From Roseateles sp. (GTDB lineage: Bacteria; Pseudomonadota; Gammaproteobacteria; Burkholderiales; Burkholderiaceae_C), in the NCBI GenBank assembly GCA_015657635.1, contig JACDQM010000034.1, positions 9,925 through 73,924 of the forward strand: a DNA stretch of 64,000 bases, written 5' to 3'. The notes beneath the pieces are model-generated. The model was given only the letters and a program-made list of their open reading frames with translations, did not search any database and had not been told where the DNA came from. The position numbers were made by a program, and so were the translations under genes. Below, piece by piece: positions 37,616-47,880 of the stretch (its first letter is position 1; every line of letters starts with the position of its first letter).

Positions 37616-37713
37616 GCGCGAGGCTTTCGCAGCGCCTCCAGCGAGCCCGGCGCAGATGGCGTAAGGTTCAGCGGCCTCATGCGACTGAAGCTCTTACATT
37701 CCCGGAGAACCCG

Positions 37714-38694
<981 letters not shown>

Positions 38695-38696
38695 GC

Positions 38697-39311
38697 ATGC
38701 AAGGTGCCGTCTCGGGCTGGCTGCTGCATCCGGCGGCCAAGCCGCTGCTGTTCCTGCTCTGCCTGGCGCCGCTGGCCAGCCTGGTTTGGGGGGCCCTCGC
38801 GCAGACGCTGGGCGCCAATCCGGCCGAGGCGCTGATCCGCGGCCTGGGCGACTGGACGCTGCGCCTGCTGTGGCTGACGCTCGCCATCACGCCGCTGCGC
38901 CAGCTCGCCGGGCTTCCGGCCCTGCTGCGCTTTCGGCGCATGCTCGGCGTGTTCGCCTTTGCCTACGCCAGCCTGCATCTGCTGGCCTACGGCTGGCTGG
39001 ACATGGGGCTGGACCCCGGCGACATCCTGCGCGACATCGCCAAGCGCCCCTTCATCCTGATGGGTTTCTGCGCCTGGCTGCTGATGCTGCCGCTGGCCGC
39101 CACCAGCTTCAACCGTGCGATCAAGGCGCTGGGCGGCAAACGCTGGCAGGCCCTGCATCGGCTGGTGTATCTGCTGGCGCTGCTGGCGATGGCGCACTTC
39201 ATCTGGATGCGCGCCGGCAAGCAGCTGTTCAGCGAGCCGGCGATCTATGGCGCCGTGCTCGCCGTGCTGCTGGGCTGGCGCCTGTGGCAGCGCTGGCGCG
39301 CCCTGGGATAA
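38697..39311 (+). CDS. msrQ: Haem-binding membrane subunit of MsrPQ
   Basis: LGANP, LAITPLR, RRMLG..F.YA.LH, KRPFI and WQALHRLVY motifs; directly after msrP. Confidence 0.93.
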   Translation: MQGAVSGWLLHPAAKPLLFLLCLAPLASLVWGALAQTLGANPAEALIRGLGDWTLRLLWLTLAITPLRQLAGLPALLRFRRMLGVFAFAYASLHLLAYGWLDMGLDPGDILRDIAKRPFILMGFCAWLLMLPLAATSFNRAIKALGGKRWQALHRLVYLLALLAMAHFIWMRAGKQLFSEPAIYGAVLAVLLGWRLWQRWRALG

Positions 39312-39342
39312 TCGACGTTTTCGCGTTCGCCTCCATCCCACC

Positions 39343-40686
39343 ATGCCAGCACCCCTGCCCGCCATCGTCGACTGCGCCGTCATAGGCGGCGGTCCGGCCG
39401 GCTGCAGCGCGAGCAGCTGGCTGGCTCAGCTGGGGCTGAGCACCTTGCTGGTCGAGCGTCAGACCAGCCTGTGCAGCAGTCTGGATGCGCTGCGCTATCC
39501 GCAAGACTGGTTGCTGGGGCATCCGGGCGAGACACTGGCTGCGGCCGGGCAGCGCTATGCGGAACATGTGCTGCGCCAGCCTGCCATCCATACACGGCTG
39601 GGTAGCCAGCCAGAGCATCTCGACTGGCAGCCACATGCGGGCTGGACCCTGCACCTGCCAGGGGGCGAGCGCGTCAACGCGCGCAGCCTCTTACTGGCCA
39701 CCGGGCTGCAACCACGCCGCCCCAGCACGCTGTATCCACAGTCGCCGCGCTGCGCACGCGTGCTGGACGCTGTCGAGCTGACCGCGCGCCGTGAGCAGCT
39801 GCCGGTCGGCCGCGTGCTGCTGCTGGGCGGCGGTGACAACGCAGTGGAGAACGCGCTGTTCCTGCAAGCCCGCGGCCACCAGGTGACGATCTGGTCACGC
39901 AGCGACTGGCGTGCCCAAGCCCATCTGATCTGTGAGCTGGAGGCCTGCAGCGGCATCGAACGCCGGCCCGCCGAGCCCATGCCGAGCGCGGTCGAGCCAG
40001 CGGGTGAAACCGTGGCCGTGAGCTCCAAGCGGCATGGCACCGAGCACTTCGACCATGTCGCGGTGCTGCTGGGCTATGAACCCGAGCCCTCGGTCTGGCT
40101 ACAGGTCTGCGACGCGCTGCAGCGTGCCGGTATCACGGCACCGTCGCACCCCTGGCGTGACGAGCCGCGCTTTGCCGAACTGGGTCTTTTTGTCGCCGGC
40201 GACGCCAGCAGCCGCCTGCACCCCAGCGTACAGACGGCACTGGGTGACGGCGTTGTCGCCGCCAAGCAGGTGGAAGCCTTTCTTCGGCCGGCGCGAGAAG
40301 GCCAGCCGCCGCTGGCCCTGCGCCGCAACAACCGCCAAATCATCCACATCAGCGGCCTGCGCTTCGGCGCCAACCTGGGCGTGTTGGACTTCGAACGCGA
40401 AGGCCCGCAGCCCATCCAGGTGGATGCCGAGGTGAATCTGGGCGCGCAGACCATCGTCTCGCGCGATGCCGACATCGGCCATGTGCTGGACTACCGCCGC
40501 GTGCGCCAGATCATCATCGACGAGTGCACCGCCGAACACACCGATCTGCTCGAAGCCCTGCTGGGCAAGCTCTGCACGCGGCTGATGAAGCTCAGCGGCG
40601 TGGTGGGCGTGCGCATCAAGGTGACCAAGCTTGAAATCTTTCCCGACTGCCAAGTCGCCATCAGCGCCGAGTGCGGCCAGTGGTGA
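39343..40686 (+). CDS. Fusion protein: thioredoxin-reductase-like FAD/NAD(P) oxidoreductase plus C-terminal dihydroneopterin aldolase (FolB) domain
   Basis: IGGGPAG, LATG, GGGDNA and VAGD..QTALGDG in the N-terminal ~330 aa. From ~40333, GLRFGANLGVLDFER..QPIQVD..LDY..LLEAL..VTKLEIF gives the FolB fold, in one uninterrupted frame. Confidence 0.8.
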   Translation: MPAPLPAIVDCAVIGGGPAGCSASSWLAQLGLSTLLVERQTSLCSSLDALRYPQDWLLGHPGETLAAAGQRYAEHVLRQPAIHTRLGSQPEHLDWQPHAGWTLHLPGGERVNARSLLLATGLQPRRPSTLYPQSPRCARVLDAVELTARREQLPVGRVLLLGGGDNAVENALFLQARGHQVTIWSRSDWRAQAHLICELEACSGIERRPAEPMPSAVEPAGETVAVSSKRHGTEHFDHVAVLLGYEPEPSVWLQVCDALQRAGITAPSHPWRDEPRFAELGLFVAGDASSRLHPSVQTALGDGVVAAKQVEAFLRPAREGQPPLALRRNNRQIIHISGLRFGANLGVLDFEREGPQPIQVDAEVNLGAQTIVSRDADIGHVLDYRRVRQIIIDECTAEHTDLLEALLGKLCTRLMKLSGVVGVRIKVTKLEIFPDCQVAISAECGQW

Positions 40687-40704
40687 ACCCGAGGTGAACA
40701 CGCC

Positions 40705-41661
40705 ATGACGACGACCGAAGAAATCCTGTCCCCCGAAGCCGCCGAGCAAGCCGCTGAGCTCAAGGCTGCAGAAAAGAAAGCCGCGCACGAGATCAACAAG
40801 CTCTCCAAGCGCCTGCATCGCCAGGTCGGCCAGGCCATCAGCGACTTCAACATGATCGAGGACGGCGACAAGGTGATGGTCTGCCTGTCGGGCGGCAAGG
40901 ACAGCTATTCGCTGCTGGACATCCTGATCAACCTGAAGCAGCGCGCACCGATCAAGTTCGACATCGTCGCGGTCAACCTCGATCAGAAGCAGCCCGGCTT
41001 CCCCGAAGAGGTGCTGCCGGCCTATCTGAAGAGCGTCGGCGTGGACTTCCACATCGAGAACCAGGACACCTACTCGATCGTCAAAAAGCTGGTGCCCGAG
41101 GGCAAGACCACCTGTTCCCTCTGCTCGCGCCTGCGCCGCGGCATCCTCTACCGCGTCGCCGGTGAACTGGGCGCCACCAAGATCGCGCTGGGCCACCACC
41201 GCGACGACATCGTCGTCACCTTGCTGCTGAACATGTTCTTCGGCAGCCGCATGAAGGGCATGCCGCCCAAGCTGGTCAGCGACGACGGCAAGAACGTCGT
41301 CATCCGCCCGCTGGCCTATGTGGCGGAAGAGGATCTGGTGCGCTGGTCCGCGCACCGCGAGTTCCCCATCATTCCCTGCAACCTGTGCGGCAGCCAGGAG
41401 AACCTGCAGCGCGTGCAGGTGAAGGCCATGATCCGCGAGTGGGACAAGAAATACCCGGGCCGGGTCGAGAACATGTTCACCGCGATGAGCAATATCGTGC
41501 CCTCGCACATGATGGACCGCGATCTGTTTCCCTTCACCACCATCAAGGCCAGCGGTCAACCCGAGCCGGATGGTGACATCGCCTTCGACGAAGCCGAGGA
41601 CTGCGGCAGCACGCCGTCGACCAGCAAGTCCGTCATCCGCCTGCATCGGGACGATGACTGA
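40705..41661 (+). CDS. ttcA: tRNA 2-thiocytidine(32) synthetase
   Basis: SGGKDS PP-loop, [17 protein letters not shown] and CNLCGSQ motifs. Confidence 0.96.
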   Translation: MTTTEEILSPEAAEQAAELKAAEKKAAHEINKLSKRLHRQVGQAISDFNMIEDGDKVMVCLSGGKDSYSLLDILINLKQRAPIKFDIVAVNLDQKQPGFPEEVLPAYLKSVGVDFHIENQDTYSIVKKLVPEGKTTCSLCSRLRRGILYRVAGELGATKIALGHHRDDIVVTLLLNMFFGSRMKGMPPKLVSDDGKNVVIRPLAYVAEEDLVRWSAHREFPIIPCNLCGSQENLQRVQVKAMIREWDKKYPGRVENMFTAMSNIVPSHMMDRDLFPFTTIKASGQPEPDGDIAFDEAEDCGSTPSTSKSVIRLHRDDD

Positions 41662-41793
41662 GCCCGCACACATGGCCCGGAAGGGCCCTGTGGCTGGCGA
41701 CGGACGTTCGGCGATACAAGCCGAACGGCTGAGCCCGCACGCGCGCATCCCACCCGCGCTCGGTACAGAATAGGGTCTACAAGGAGGCCCAAA

Positions 41794-42396
41794 ATGAAAC
41801 GACGTCTTGCCCTTCTCAGCCTGAGCGCCGTGGCGCTGGCCAGCCTGAGTGCTTGCAGCGGCATCTACACCATCAGCGCCGAGGTGCGCAGCTTCGGCAG
41901 CTGGCCGGCAGGCCGCGCGCCGGGCAGCTATGCCTTCGAGCGCCTGCCCTCGCAGCAGCAGAAACAGGACCAGGGTCGTCAGGAGCAGATCGAGGCCCAG
42001 GCCCGCCTTGCGTTGGAGAAGGCCGGCTTCAAGTCCGCAGCCGATGCCAAGACGGCGGACATCATCGTGTCGGTCGGCGTGCGCATCAGCGCGCAGGACC
42101 GCGCCCCCTGGGACGACCCGCTGTGGTGGCGCTGGCACGGCAGCATCTACCACTGGCGCTACGGCCGGCTGAATCCGCCCTTCGGCTTCGAGAGTGAACG
42201 CCGCTATGACCGCGAGGTGGCGCTGCTGCTGCGTGATCGCGTCAGCAACGAGCCGCTCTATGAAGCCCGCGCCAGCAATGACGGCCTGTCGCGCGGTGAC
42301 GCCGAGCTGGTCGGCGCGCTGTTCGAGGCGGCGCTGAGCGACTTCCCGAAGACACGCCCCGAAGCCCACAGCGTCAGCGTGCAACGCAGCCGCTGA
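41794..42396 (+). CDS. DUF4136-like lipoprotein
   Basis: Lipobox LSAC; YAFERLPSQ, YDREVALL and YEARA motifs; lies after ttcA. Confidence 0.72.
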   Translation: MKRRLALLSLSAVALASLSACSGIYTISAEVRSFGSWPAGRAPGSYAFERLPSQQQKQDQGRQEQIEAQARLALEKAGFKSAADAKTADIIVSVGVRISAQDRAPWDDPLWWRWHGSIYHWRYGRLNPPFGFESERRYDREVALLLRDRVSNEPLYEARASNDGLSRGDAELVGALFEAALSDFPKTRPEAHSVSVQRSR

Positions 42397-42470
42397 GCCG
42401 CCTCAAACAAGCGCTGCCGGCGCGCGCTGATAATCGCGGCTTCTCAACCGACGTCGCGACAACAAACGCT

Positions 42471-43844
42471 ATGGCGCTGAACATCGTCATCATGGCCGCG
42501 GGCAAGGGCACCCGCATGAAGTCGGCCCTGCCCAAGGTGCTGCAAAGGCTGGCTGGACGGGCGCTGCTGCAGCACGTGCTGGACCGCACCGCGCCGCTGC
42601 AGGCGGCGCAGCGCATCATCATCACCGGCCATGGCGCTGAGCAGGTCGAGTCTGCGATGGCCGCCAGCGCCGCTGACTTCGTGCGCCAGATGCCGCAGCT
42701 GGGTACCGGCCATGCGATCCAGCAGACCGTGCCGCTGCTGCCCGCCTCGGGCACCACGCTGATCCTCAGCGGTGACACGCCTCTGATCACCGCTGAAACC
42801 ACGCGACGGCTGGTCGAGACCTGTGCCGGCGAGAAGCTGGTCCTGCTGACCATCGACTACAGCGACCCCACGGGCTATGGCCGCATCGTCCGCGAGGGCG
42901 AGGCGGTCAAGGCCATCGTCGAGCACAAGGACGCCAGCGCTGAACAGCGACACATCCGCGAGTGCTACACCGGCGTGATGGCCGTGCCCACCGCGCAACT
43001 CAAGCGCTGGGTCATGGCGCTGAACAACAACAATGCCCAGGGCGAGTTCTACCTGACCGACATCGTCGCGATGGCGGTAGCCGAAGGTCTGCCGGTGCTG
43101 GGCGTGAAGACTGCGGACGAGACCGAGGTGCTGGGCGTCAACAGCCCGATGCAGTTGGCCGACCTGGAGCGTCGCTTCCAGCATCAGCAGGCGGGTGCGC
43201 TGATGGAAGCCGGCGTGCGCCTGGCTGACCCGGCCCGATTCGACCTGCGCGGCGATCTGGTCTGTGGGCAGGATGTCGAAATCGACGTCAACTGCATCTT
43301 CGAGGGGCGTGTCGAGCTGGGCGACGGTGTGCGCATTGGCGCCAACTGCGTGATCCGTAACGCGCGCATCGCCGCCGGTGCGCGCATCCACGAATTCACC
43401 CACATCGACGGCGAGTCGCTCGGCGTCAGCATCGGCGAAGGCGCGTTGATCGGCCCCTTCGCCCGCCTGCGCCCCGGCGCCGAGCTGGGCGCCGAAGTGC
43501 ACATCGGCAACTTCGTCGAAGTGAAGAACTCAACGCTGGCCAAGGGCGCCAAGGCCAACCATCTGGCCTATCTGGGCGATGCCACCGTGGGCGAGCGCGT
43601 CAACTACGGCGCCGGCTCGATCACTGCCAACTACGACGGCGCCCACAAGCACCGCACCGTGATCGGCGCCGACGTGCATGTGGGCAGCAATTGCGTGCTG
43701 GTGGCGCCGGTCGAGATCGGTGCCGGCGCGACAATTGGCGGCGGCTCGACCATCACCAAAGCGGTCGCGGCCGGGGAGCTGGCTGTGGCGCGCGGCAAAC
43801 AGGTGGCCATCAGCGGCTGGGCCCGTCCGGCCAAGAAGCGCTGA
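42471..43844 (+). CDS. glmU: Bifunctional UDP-N-acetylglucosamine pyrophosphorylase / glucosamine-1-phosphate acetyltransferase
   Basis: AAGKGTRMKS, QLGTGHA, GYGRIVR, NAQGEFYLTD, hexapeptide repeats and NYDG motif. Confidence 0.97.
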   Translation: MALNIVIMAAGKGTRMKSALPKVLQRLAGRALLQHVLDRTAPLQAAQRIIITGHGAEQVESAMAASAADFVRQMPQLGTGHAIQQTVPLLPASGTTLILSGDTPLITAETTRRLVETCAGEKLVLLTIDYSDPTGYGRIVREGEAVKAIVEHKDASAEQRHIRECYTGVMAVPTAQLKRWVMALNNNNAQGEFYLTDIVAMAVAEGLPVLGVKTADETEVLGVNSPMQLADLERRFQHQQAGALMEAGVRLADPARFDLRGDLVCGQDVEIDVNCIFEGRVELGDGVRIGANCVIRNARIAAGARIHEFTHIDGESLGVSIGEGALIGPFARLRPGAELGAEVHIGNFVEVKNSTLAKGAKANHLAYLGDATVGERVNYGAGSITANYDGAHKHRTVIGADVHVGSNCVLVAPVEIGAGATIGGGSTITKAVAAGELAVARGKQVAISGWARPAKKR

Positions 43845-43987
43845 AAGCTCGGCAAGCCGGGGCAGATCGGGAATAATTCACAGCGCAGGCAGAATCTGCG
43901 CGGCAGGCTCCCTGAACAGGGGACTGCGCCGGACGGTGGCGATCTCTAGCATGCGCCTGAGGTTTCGATTGTTGTTGAAGGCATCAG

Positions 43988-44446
43988 ATGGCGACCAAAA
44001 CACCCGAGTTGTTTCAAGGGCCCGAAGCGGTGACGCCTGAGAGCGCCTGGCCGGCCGCGGAGCCCATGGCCTCAGCCCCCACCGAGGCGGAGCGCGCTGC
44101 GGCGCTGGAGCAACTGGCGCTCTATCACGCCCGCTGCGAGGACGCGGCCAGCGCCTGCTGGTATCTGTGCCGCAGCCTGGGCGCCGCGCGCCAGCTGACC
44201 CCCGATGAACCGGGCCTGGAACTGCTGTTCGAATTGCTCGGCGCCTTGGCGGACCTGCCGGCCGAGGTGGCTGCGGCGCCCACGCCGCCCACGCAGGGCG
44301 AGGCCGATGGCCTGGGTGTGTTCGAGCTCTGCCAGCAGCTGGAGGCCGCGCGCGAACTCAGCCAGCAGGCCTGGGCTGACCGCGAGGACGAGGTCAGCAT
44401 CGATCCGACATCACCCGTACAGCCAGTGGCTGTCTTGCTCCACTAA
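43988..44446 (+). CDS. Hypothetical acidic protein
   Basis: 152-aa ORF with host-like codon usage filling the gap between glmU and the PhyH gene; no recognisable motif. Confidence 0.5.
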   Translation: MATKTPELFQGPEAVTPESAWPAAEPMASAPTEAERAAALEQLALYHARCEDAASACWYLCRSLGAARQLTPDEPGLELLFELLGALADLPAEVAAAPTPPTQGEADGLGVFELCQQLEAARELSQQAWADREDEVSIDPTSPVQPVAVLLH

Positions 44447-44449
44447 GAC

Positions 44450-45298
44450 TCAGAATCCCGGCGGCGCCTGATCCGCAGCGCACTGCAGCCAGTTGCGCGC
44501 CGAATAGCGGCTGCCCGCATCCGTCACGTGCAGCGTAAAAGCGTGGCGTGACTGGGCCGAACGGTTGGCCGCGCTGTAATGCGGCAGCAGGCCGTGGAAC
44601 AACACCAGGGCGCCCGCCTCCACCTCCAGCGGCACCGCCAGCTCGGTCGTGCTGGGCCAGGGCGTGTCGTCCAGCGATTCCATCCAGGCTCGCCGGCCTT
44701 CCCGCACAAAGCGCTCGCGCAACACACCACGCGCGCCGCGATGCCCGCCGGGCTCGGCCCACAGGCAGCCGTTGTCGCGCGTCGCATCTTCCAGCGCAAA
44801 CCAGAAGGTCGTCACCGTGATCGGGTCGGTCTCGAAGAAACTGGCGTCCTGGTGCCAGCGCACCTCGCCGCCGATGCCGGGCTGCTTGAAGATGTACATC
44901 GACTGCCAGACCTGCGGCTGCTCCAGGCCCACGTCACGCGCCAGAGCGGCCAACTCTGGCCCGCTGGAGAAGGCACGGAACACCGGGTCCTGCGCATGCA
45001 TCGCATGGCCGATCTTGTTGATCGACAAGGCCTTGGCCTGGCGCAGCACGCCACGCTCATCGAAGGCTTCCTCCTCGAAGAAGCAGCGCATCTTGTCGCC
45101 GGAGTCGAGGAAGTAGTCGTCGACCTTGCGGTCCTGCTCCTGCGTGGAGAAAACCGCGCGCTGCTCACCGGGATCGAAGGCCTCGACCATCGCCTCGGCG
45201 CGCGCCCGCAGCGCAGCGATGGCGTCGGCCTTCTTGAAGCCTGGCAGCACCAGGAAACCTTGCTCGGCATAGGCCTGCTTCTGTGACTCGGTCAGCAT
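44450..45298 (-). CDS. Phytanoyl-CoA dioxygenase family Fe(II)/2-oxoglutarate oxygenase (PHYHD1-like)
   Basis: QSMYIFKQPGIGGEVRWHQD (HxD), WFALEDAT.DNGCL and HYSAANRS..SRHAFTLH motifs. Confidence 0.9.
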   Translation of the reverse strand: MLTESQKQAYAEQGFLVLPGFKKADAIAALRARAEAMVEAFDPGEQRAVFSTQEQDRKVDDYFLDSGDKMRCFFEEEAFDERGVLRQAKALSINKIGHAMHAQDPVFRAFSSGPELAALARDVGLEQPQVWQSMYIFKQPGIGGEVRWHQDASFFETDPITVTTFWFALEDATRDNGCLWAEPGGHRGARGVLRERFVREGRRAWMESLDDTPWPSTTELAVPLEVEAGALVLFHGLLPHYSAANRSAQSRHAFTLHVTDAGSRYSARNWLQCAADQAPPGF

Positions 45299-45384
45299 GT
45301 TTCGGGAGCTCTGGGTGGGTTTGGCGCATTGTGTCATCGCCCCTGCACAGGCATGCTGGACGCTCATGACATCGGAGAGTTCCC

Positions 45385-45915
45385 ATGAAGATTCTCAAGA
45401 TTGCGACTGGCGCCGTGGTGGCGCTGGCGCTGCTGTTGGCACTCGGCGGCCTGCTGCTATCGCCAAAGTTCAGCGTCACCCGCACGGTGCAGATCCAGGC
45501 CCCGGCCGAGCAGGTCTACGCGCTGGTGGCCAATCCGCGGCACTGGAAGCTGTGGAGTGTCTGGAACCAGCGCGATCCCGCCATGCAGATCGAGTACAGC
45601 GGGCCGGAGTCGGGCGCGGGCGCCGCCTGGGCCTGGAAGAGCGCCAGCGAAGGTGACGGCAAGATGAGCTTCACCGCTGCAGAACCTGGCCAGTTGCTCG
45701 CTTACGACCTGTATTTCCCCGACTTCGGCACCACCTCGAAGGGTGAGTTGCGCATGAAGCCCAGCGGCCAGGGGACCGAAGTGGTCTGGAGCATGGATGG
45801 AGACATGGGCGCCAACCCGCTGTTCCGCTGGCTGGCGTTGTTCAGCGACCGCATGGTCGGGCCGGACTTCGAGGCCGGGCTGGCCAGGCTCAAGACCCTG
45901 GCTGAAAAGCGTTGA
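45385..45915 (+). CDS. SRPBCC/polyketide-cyclase family protein with N-terminal anchor
   Basis: N-terminal TM segment; RTVQIQAPAEQVY..W..WSVW, SGAGAAWAW and DFEAGLARLK motifs. Confidence 0.85.
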   Translation: MKILKIATGAVVALALLLALGGLLLSPKFSVTRTVQIQAPAEQVYALVANPRHWKLWSVWNQRDPAMQIEYSGPESGAGAAWAWKSASEGDGKMSFTAAEPGQLLAYDLYFPDFGTTSKGELRMKPSGQGTEVVWSMDGDMGANPLFRWLALFSDRMVGPDFEAGLARLKTLAEKR

Positions 45916-46007
45916 AGGCCCGAGCGGCTGCCTGTTTTTCGGGCAAGCCAGCAATTCGTCAATGATGACGGGCACTTGGCGTCCCTGTCGAAGGCTTGCA
46001 CACCTGT

Positions 46008-46016
46008 TTATCCACA
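46008..46016 (+). promoter_or_regulatory. Perfect DnaA box with degenerate neighbours
   Basis: TTATCCACA at 46008-46016, plus an opposed degenerate box TGGGGACAG (46022-46030) and CTTGCACAC (45995-46003). Confidence 0.5.
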
Positions 46017-46035
46017 GCCGCTGGGGACAGCGGCC

Positions 46036-46944
46036 TCACTCGACCCCGAACAGCGCGGCGCCATTGCCCCAGGCGATGCGGCGGGCCTGCTCGGGCGGCA
46101 GATCGCCCAGCCAGGCGCGGGCCTCCTGCATCAGGCCTTCGTAGTACTGCCAGCGCTGATTGACCCAGGTGTCCGACCCGATCATGAAGCGCGTGCTGTG
46201 CTGCATCAGCAGCGCACGCCAGTCAGCGCTCAGGCGACCGCTGCCGTCAGTCAGGCCGGGCCGGTAGGACAACTCGCCCATCAGCGCCGGGTAACGCTGC
46301 AGCAGCGCGCGCACCCGCTCCACCGGCGTGCCACCGATGCCGGTGTGCGCCCAGACCAGGCGCGCCTGCGGCGCATGCGCCATCAGCTTGTCGATCGCGA
46401 CATCGTCGACATGGGCCAGCACCACCAGGCCCCGCTCAGCCGCCAGCTGCATCAGCTGGCGCGCCACCGGGCCATCCGCATTGGCGCTGTCATAGAGATG
46501 GAATTCGCCGATGCCGCGAAACGGGCCGGCGGGCGTGCCGCGCTTGAGTTCATCCAGCACCATCTGGTAGATGCTCGGATCGGCAAACCAGCTGTTGTAG
46601 TCGGCCCGGTTGCGATACAGGCGAATGAAGGGCACGACGCGCACACCGGCTGCCGCCGTGGCCTCGCGCGCTGCAGCCAAAGTCTGCGTGCCATCGTTGG
46701 GCCGGCTGTTGGCGACGATGGCGCGCACGCCGCTGCGCTGCATGCGGCCCAGCACGTCGGCCAAGGGGTGCGGCTGCTGGGCTTCCTCGTTGTAGTGCAG
46801 GTGCGCGTCGAACAAGGGCCCGACGTAGGCCGCCTGCTGTGCCCGCAGCGGCGACACCGCCAGCGCGAGCAGCAGGCACCCGAGCACCAAGCCAGTTCGC
46901 CGCAGACACCCAGGCAAGCGATCAGGCGGGCGGGCGATGTTCAT
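46036..46944 (-). CDS. Exported amidohydrolase-superfamily (TatD/amidohydro_2-like) metallohydrolase
   Basis: Signal-peptide-like segment; DAHLHY, GIGEFHL, LAH, WAHTG and IGSDT metal-ligand motifs. Confidence 0.8.
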   Translation of the reverse strand: MNIARPPDRLPGCLRRTGLVLGCLLLALAVSPLRAQQAAYVGPLFDAHLHYNEEAQQPHPLADVLGRMQRSGVRAIVANSRPNDGTQTLAAAREATAAAGVRVVPFIRLYRNRADYNSWFADPSIYQMVLDELKRGTPAGPFRGIGEFHLYDSANADGPVARQLMQLAAERGLVVLAHVDDVAIDKLMAHAPQARLVWAHTGIGGTPVERVRALLQRYPALMGELSYRPGLTDGSGRLSADWRALLMQHSTRFMIGSDTWVNQRWQYYEGLMQEARAWLGDLPPEQARRIAWGNGAALFGVE

Positions 46945-47770
46945 GACTGGCGATCATACGGCTCACACGCGAGACCGACAGGCCCAGCTCCCGGGCCAGC
47001 GCCGTCATCGTGACGCCGCCCTGCGTGTGGGCCAGATACAGCGCCTCGCTGCGCGAGCGGTCCTCGCGCCGCCAGCTCGCCAGGCCCGTGCCAGCGGAGC
47101 GCAGCCGCGGCACAGCCGCGCCGCCCTGGGCCAGCATGCGGGCCGCAAAGGCTTCGTCACCCAGAAAGATCTGATGGCGCAGATGGACCCAGATGTCCAG
47201 ATCCGGCTCAGCCGCCAGCAGCCTTTCATAGCGCTCAGCCGCCCGGCGACGGTCGGCCGCGCCGCGCAACTCGCGGCCTAGTAGATGGCTGAGCAGCCCG
47301 TCCACATCGAGCCACGGCGGCGCCTCGGCCGCACCGACATGGGCACCCTGGCTGTGCCATGGCCAATCGGCGCCGCGACGCACCAGCTTCAAGCGCTGCG
47401 CGCTGAGGTCCACATAGCGGCAGGCATCCAGCAGCAAGGTCTCGCGGTCGACCAGGCTTGCCTTGAAGCGCCCCTGGAACACCGCGCCATGACGGCCATG
47501 GCGACGGTTGAAGGCCTGGGTATAGACACCGTTGAGGTGGCGCATCAGGCGTGACAGATTGGCCTGGCGCGTGAACAGCAGCAGCTGGTAGTGATCGTTC
47601 GCCAGGCTGAAGGCCAGGGCCTGGGCATCGAAGCGTCTGAGCGCCCGGCCCAGCAAATCAAGCATCAGCGCCCGGTCAATGTCGTCGACGAACACGCGGC
47701 TGCCCAGCGGCGACTGGGACGCCACATGGTAGACGGCGCCTGCGAATTCGATGCGTGGGGGTCTGGCCAT
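46922..47770 (-). mobile_element. Y1/RAYT-family (REP-associated tyrosine) transposase homologue with C-terminal HTH; catalytic motifs altered
   Basis: MARPPRIEFAGAVYHV, LSRLMRHLNGVYTQAFNRRHGR.G..FQGRFK, RYV and DWPW match the family. HUH reads DHYQ. The C-terminal TMTALARELGLSVSRVSR is an HTH. Confidence 0.82.
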
Positions 47771-47798
47771 GCAAAAAATTAGGCGATCCAGGCCCGAA

Positions 47799-47815
47799 TG
47801 GCAAGGACTGACCCC
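47799..47815 (-). repeat. Putative element-end (REP-like) motif upstream of the RAYT gene
   Basis: GGGGTCAGTCCTTGCCA on the minus strand, ~30 bp before the start codon. It resembles the GGGGTCAGGTCTTGC ends I recall flanking this transposase subfamily. Confidence 0.45.
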
Positions 47816-47880
47816 AAGCGACCGCGTCCTGTCCATGAGGTACAAACCGGGCTCGCACAACTTCTGATGAAACGCCGCCT

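Noticed and set aside
47863..47875. CTGATGA motif upstream of the DUF808 gene (hammerhead or fluoride-riboswitch-like)
   Set aside because: It has no stem II/GAAA partner and none of the other conserved riboswitch elements.
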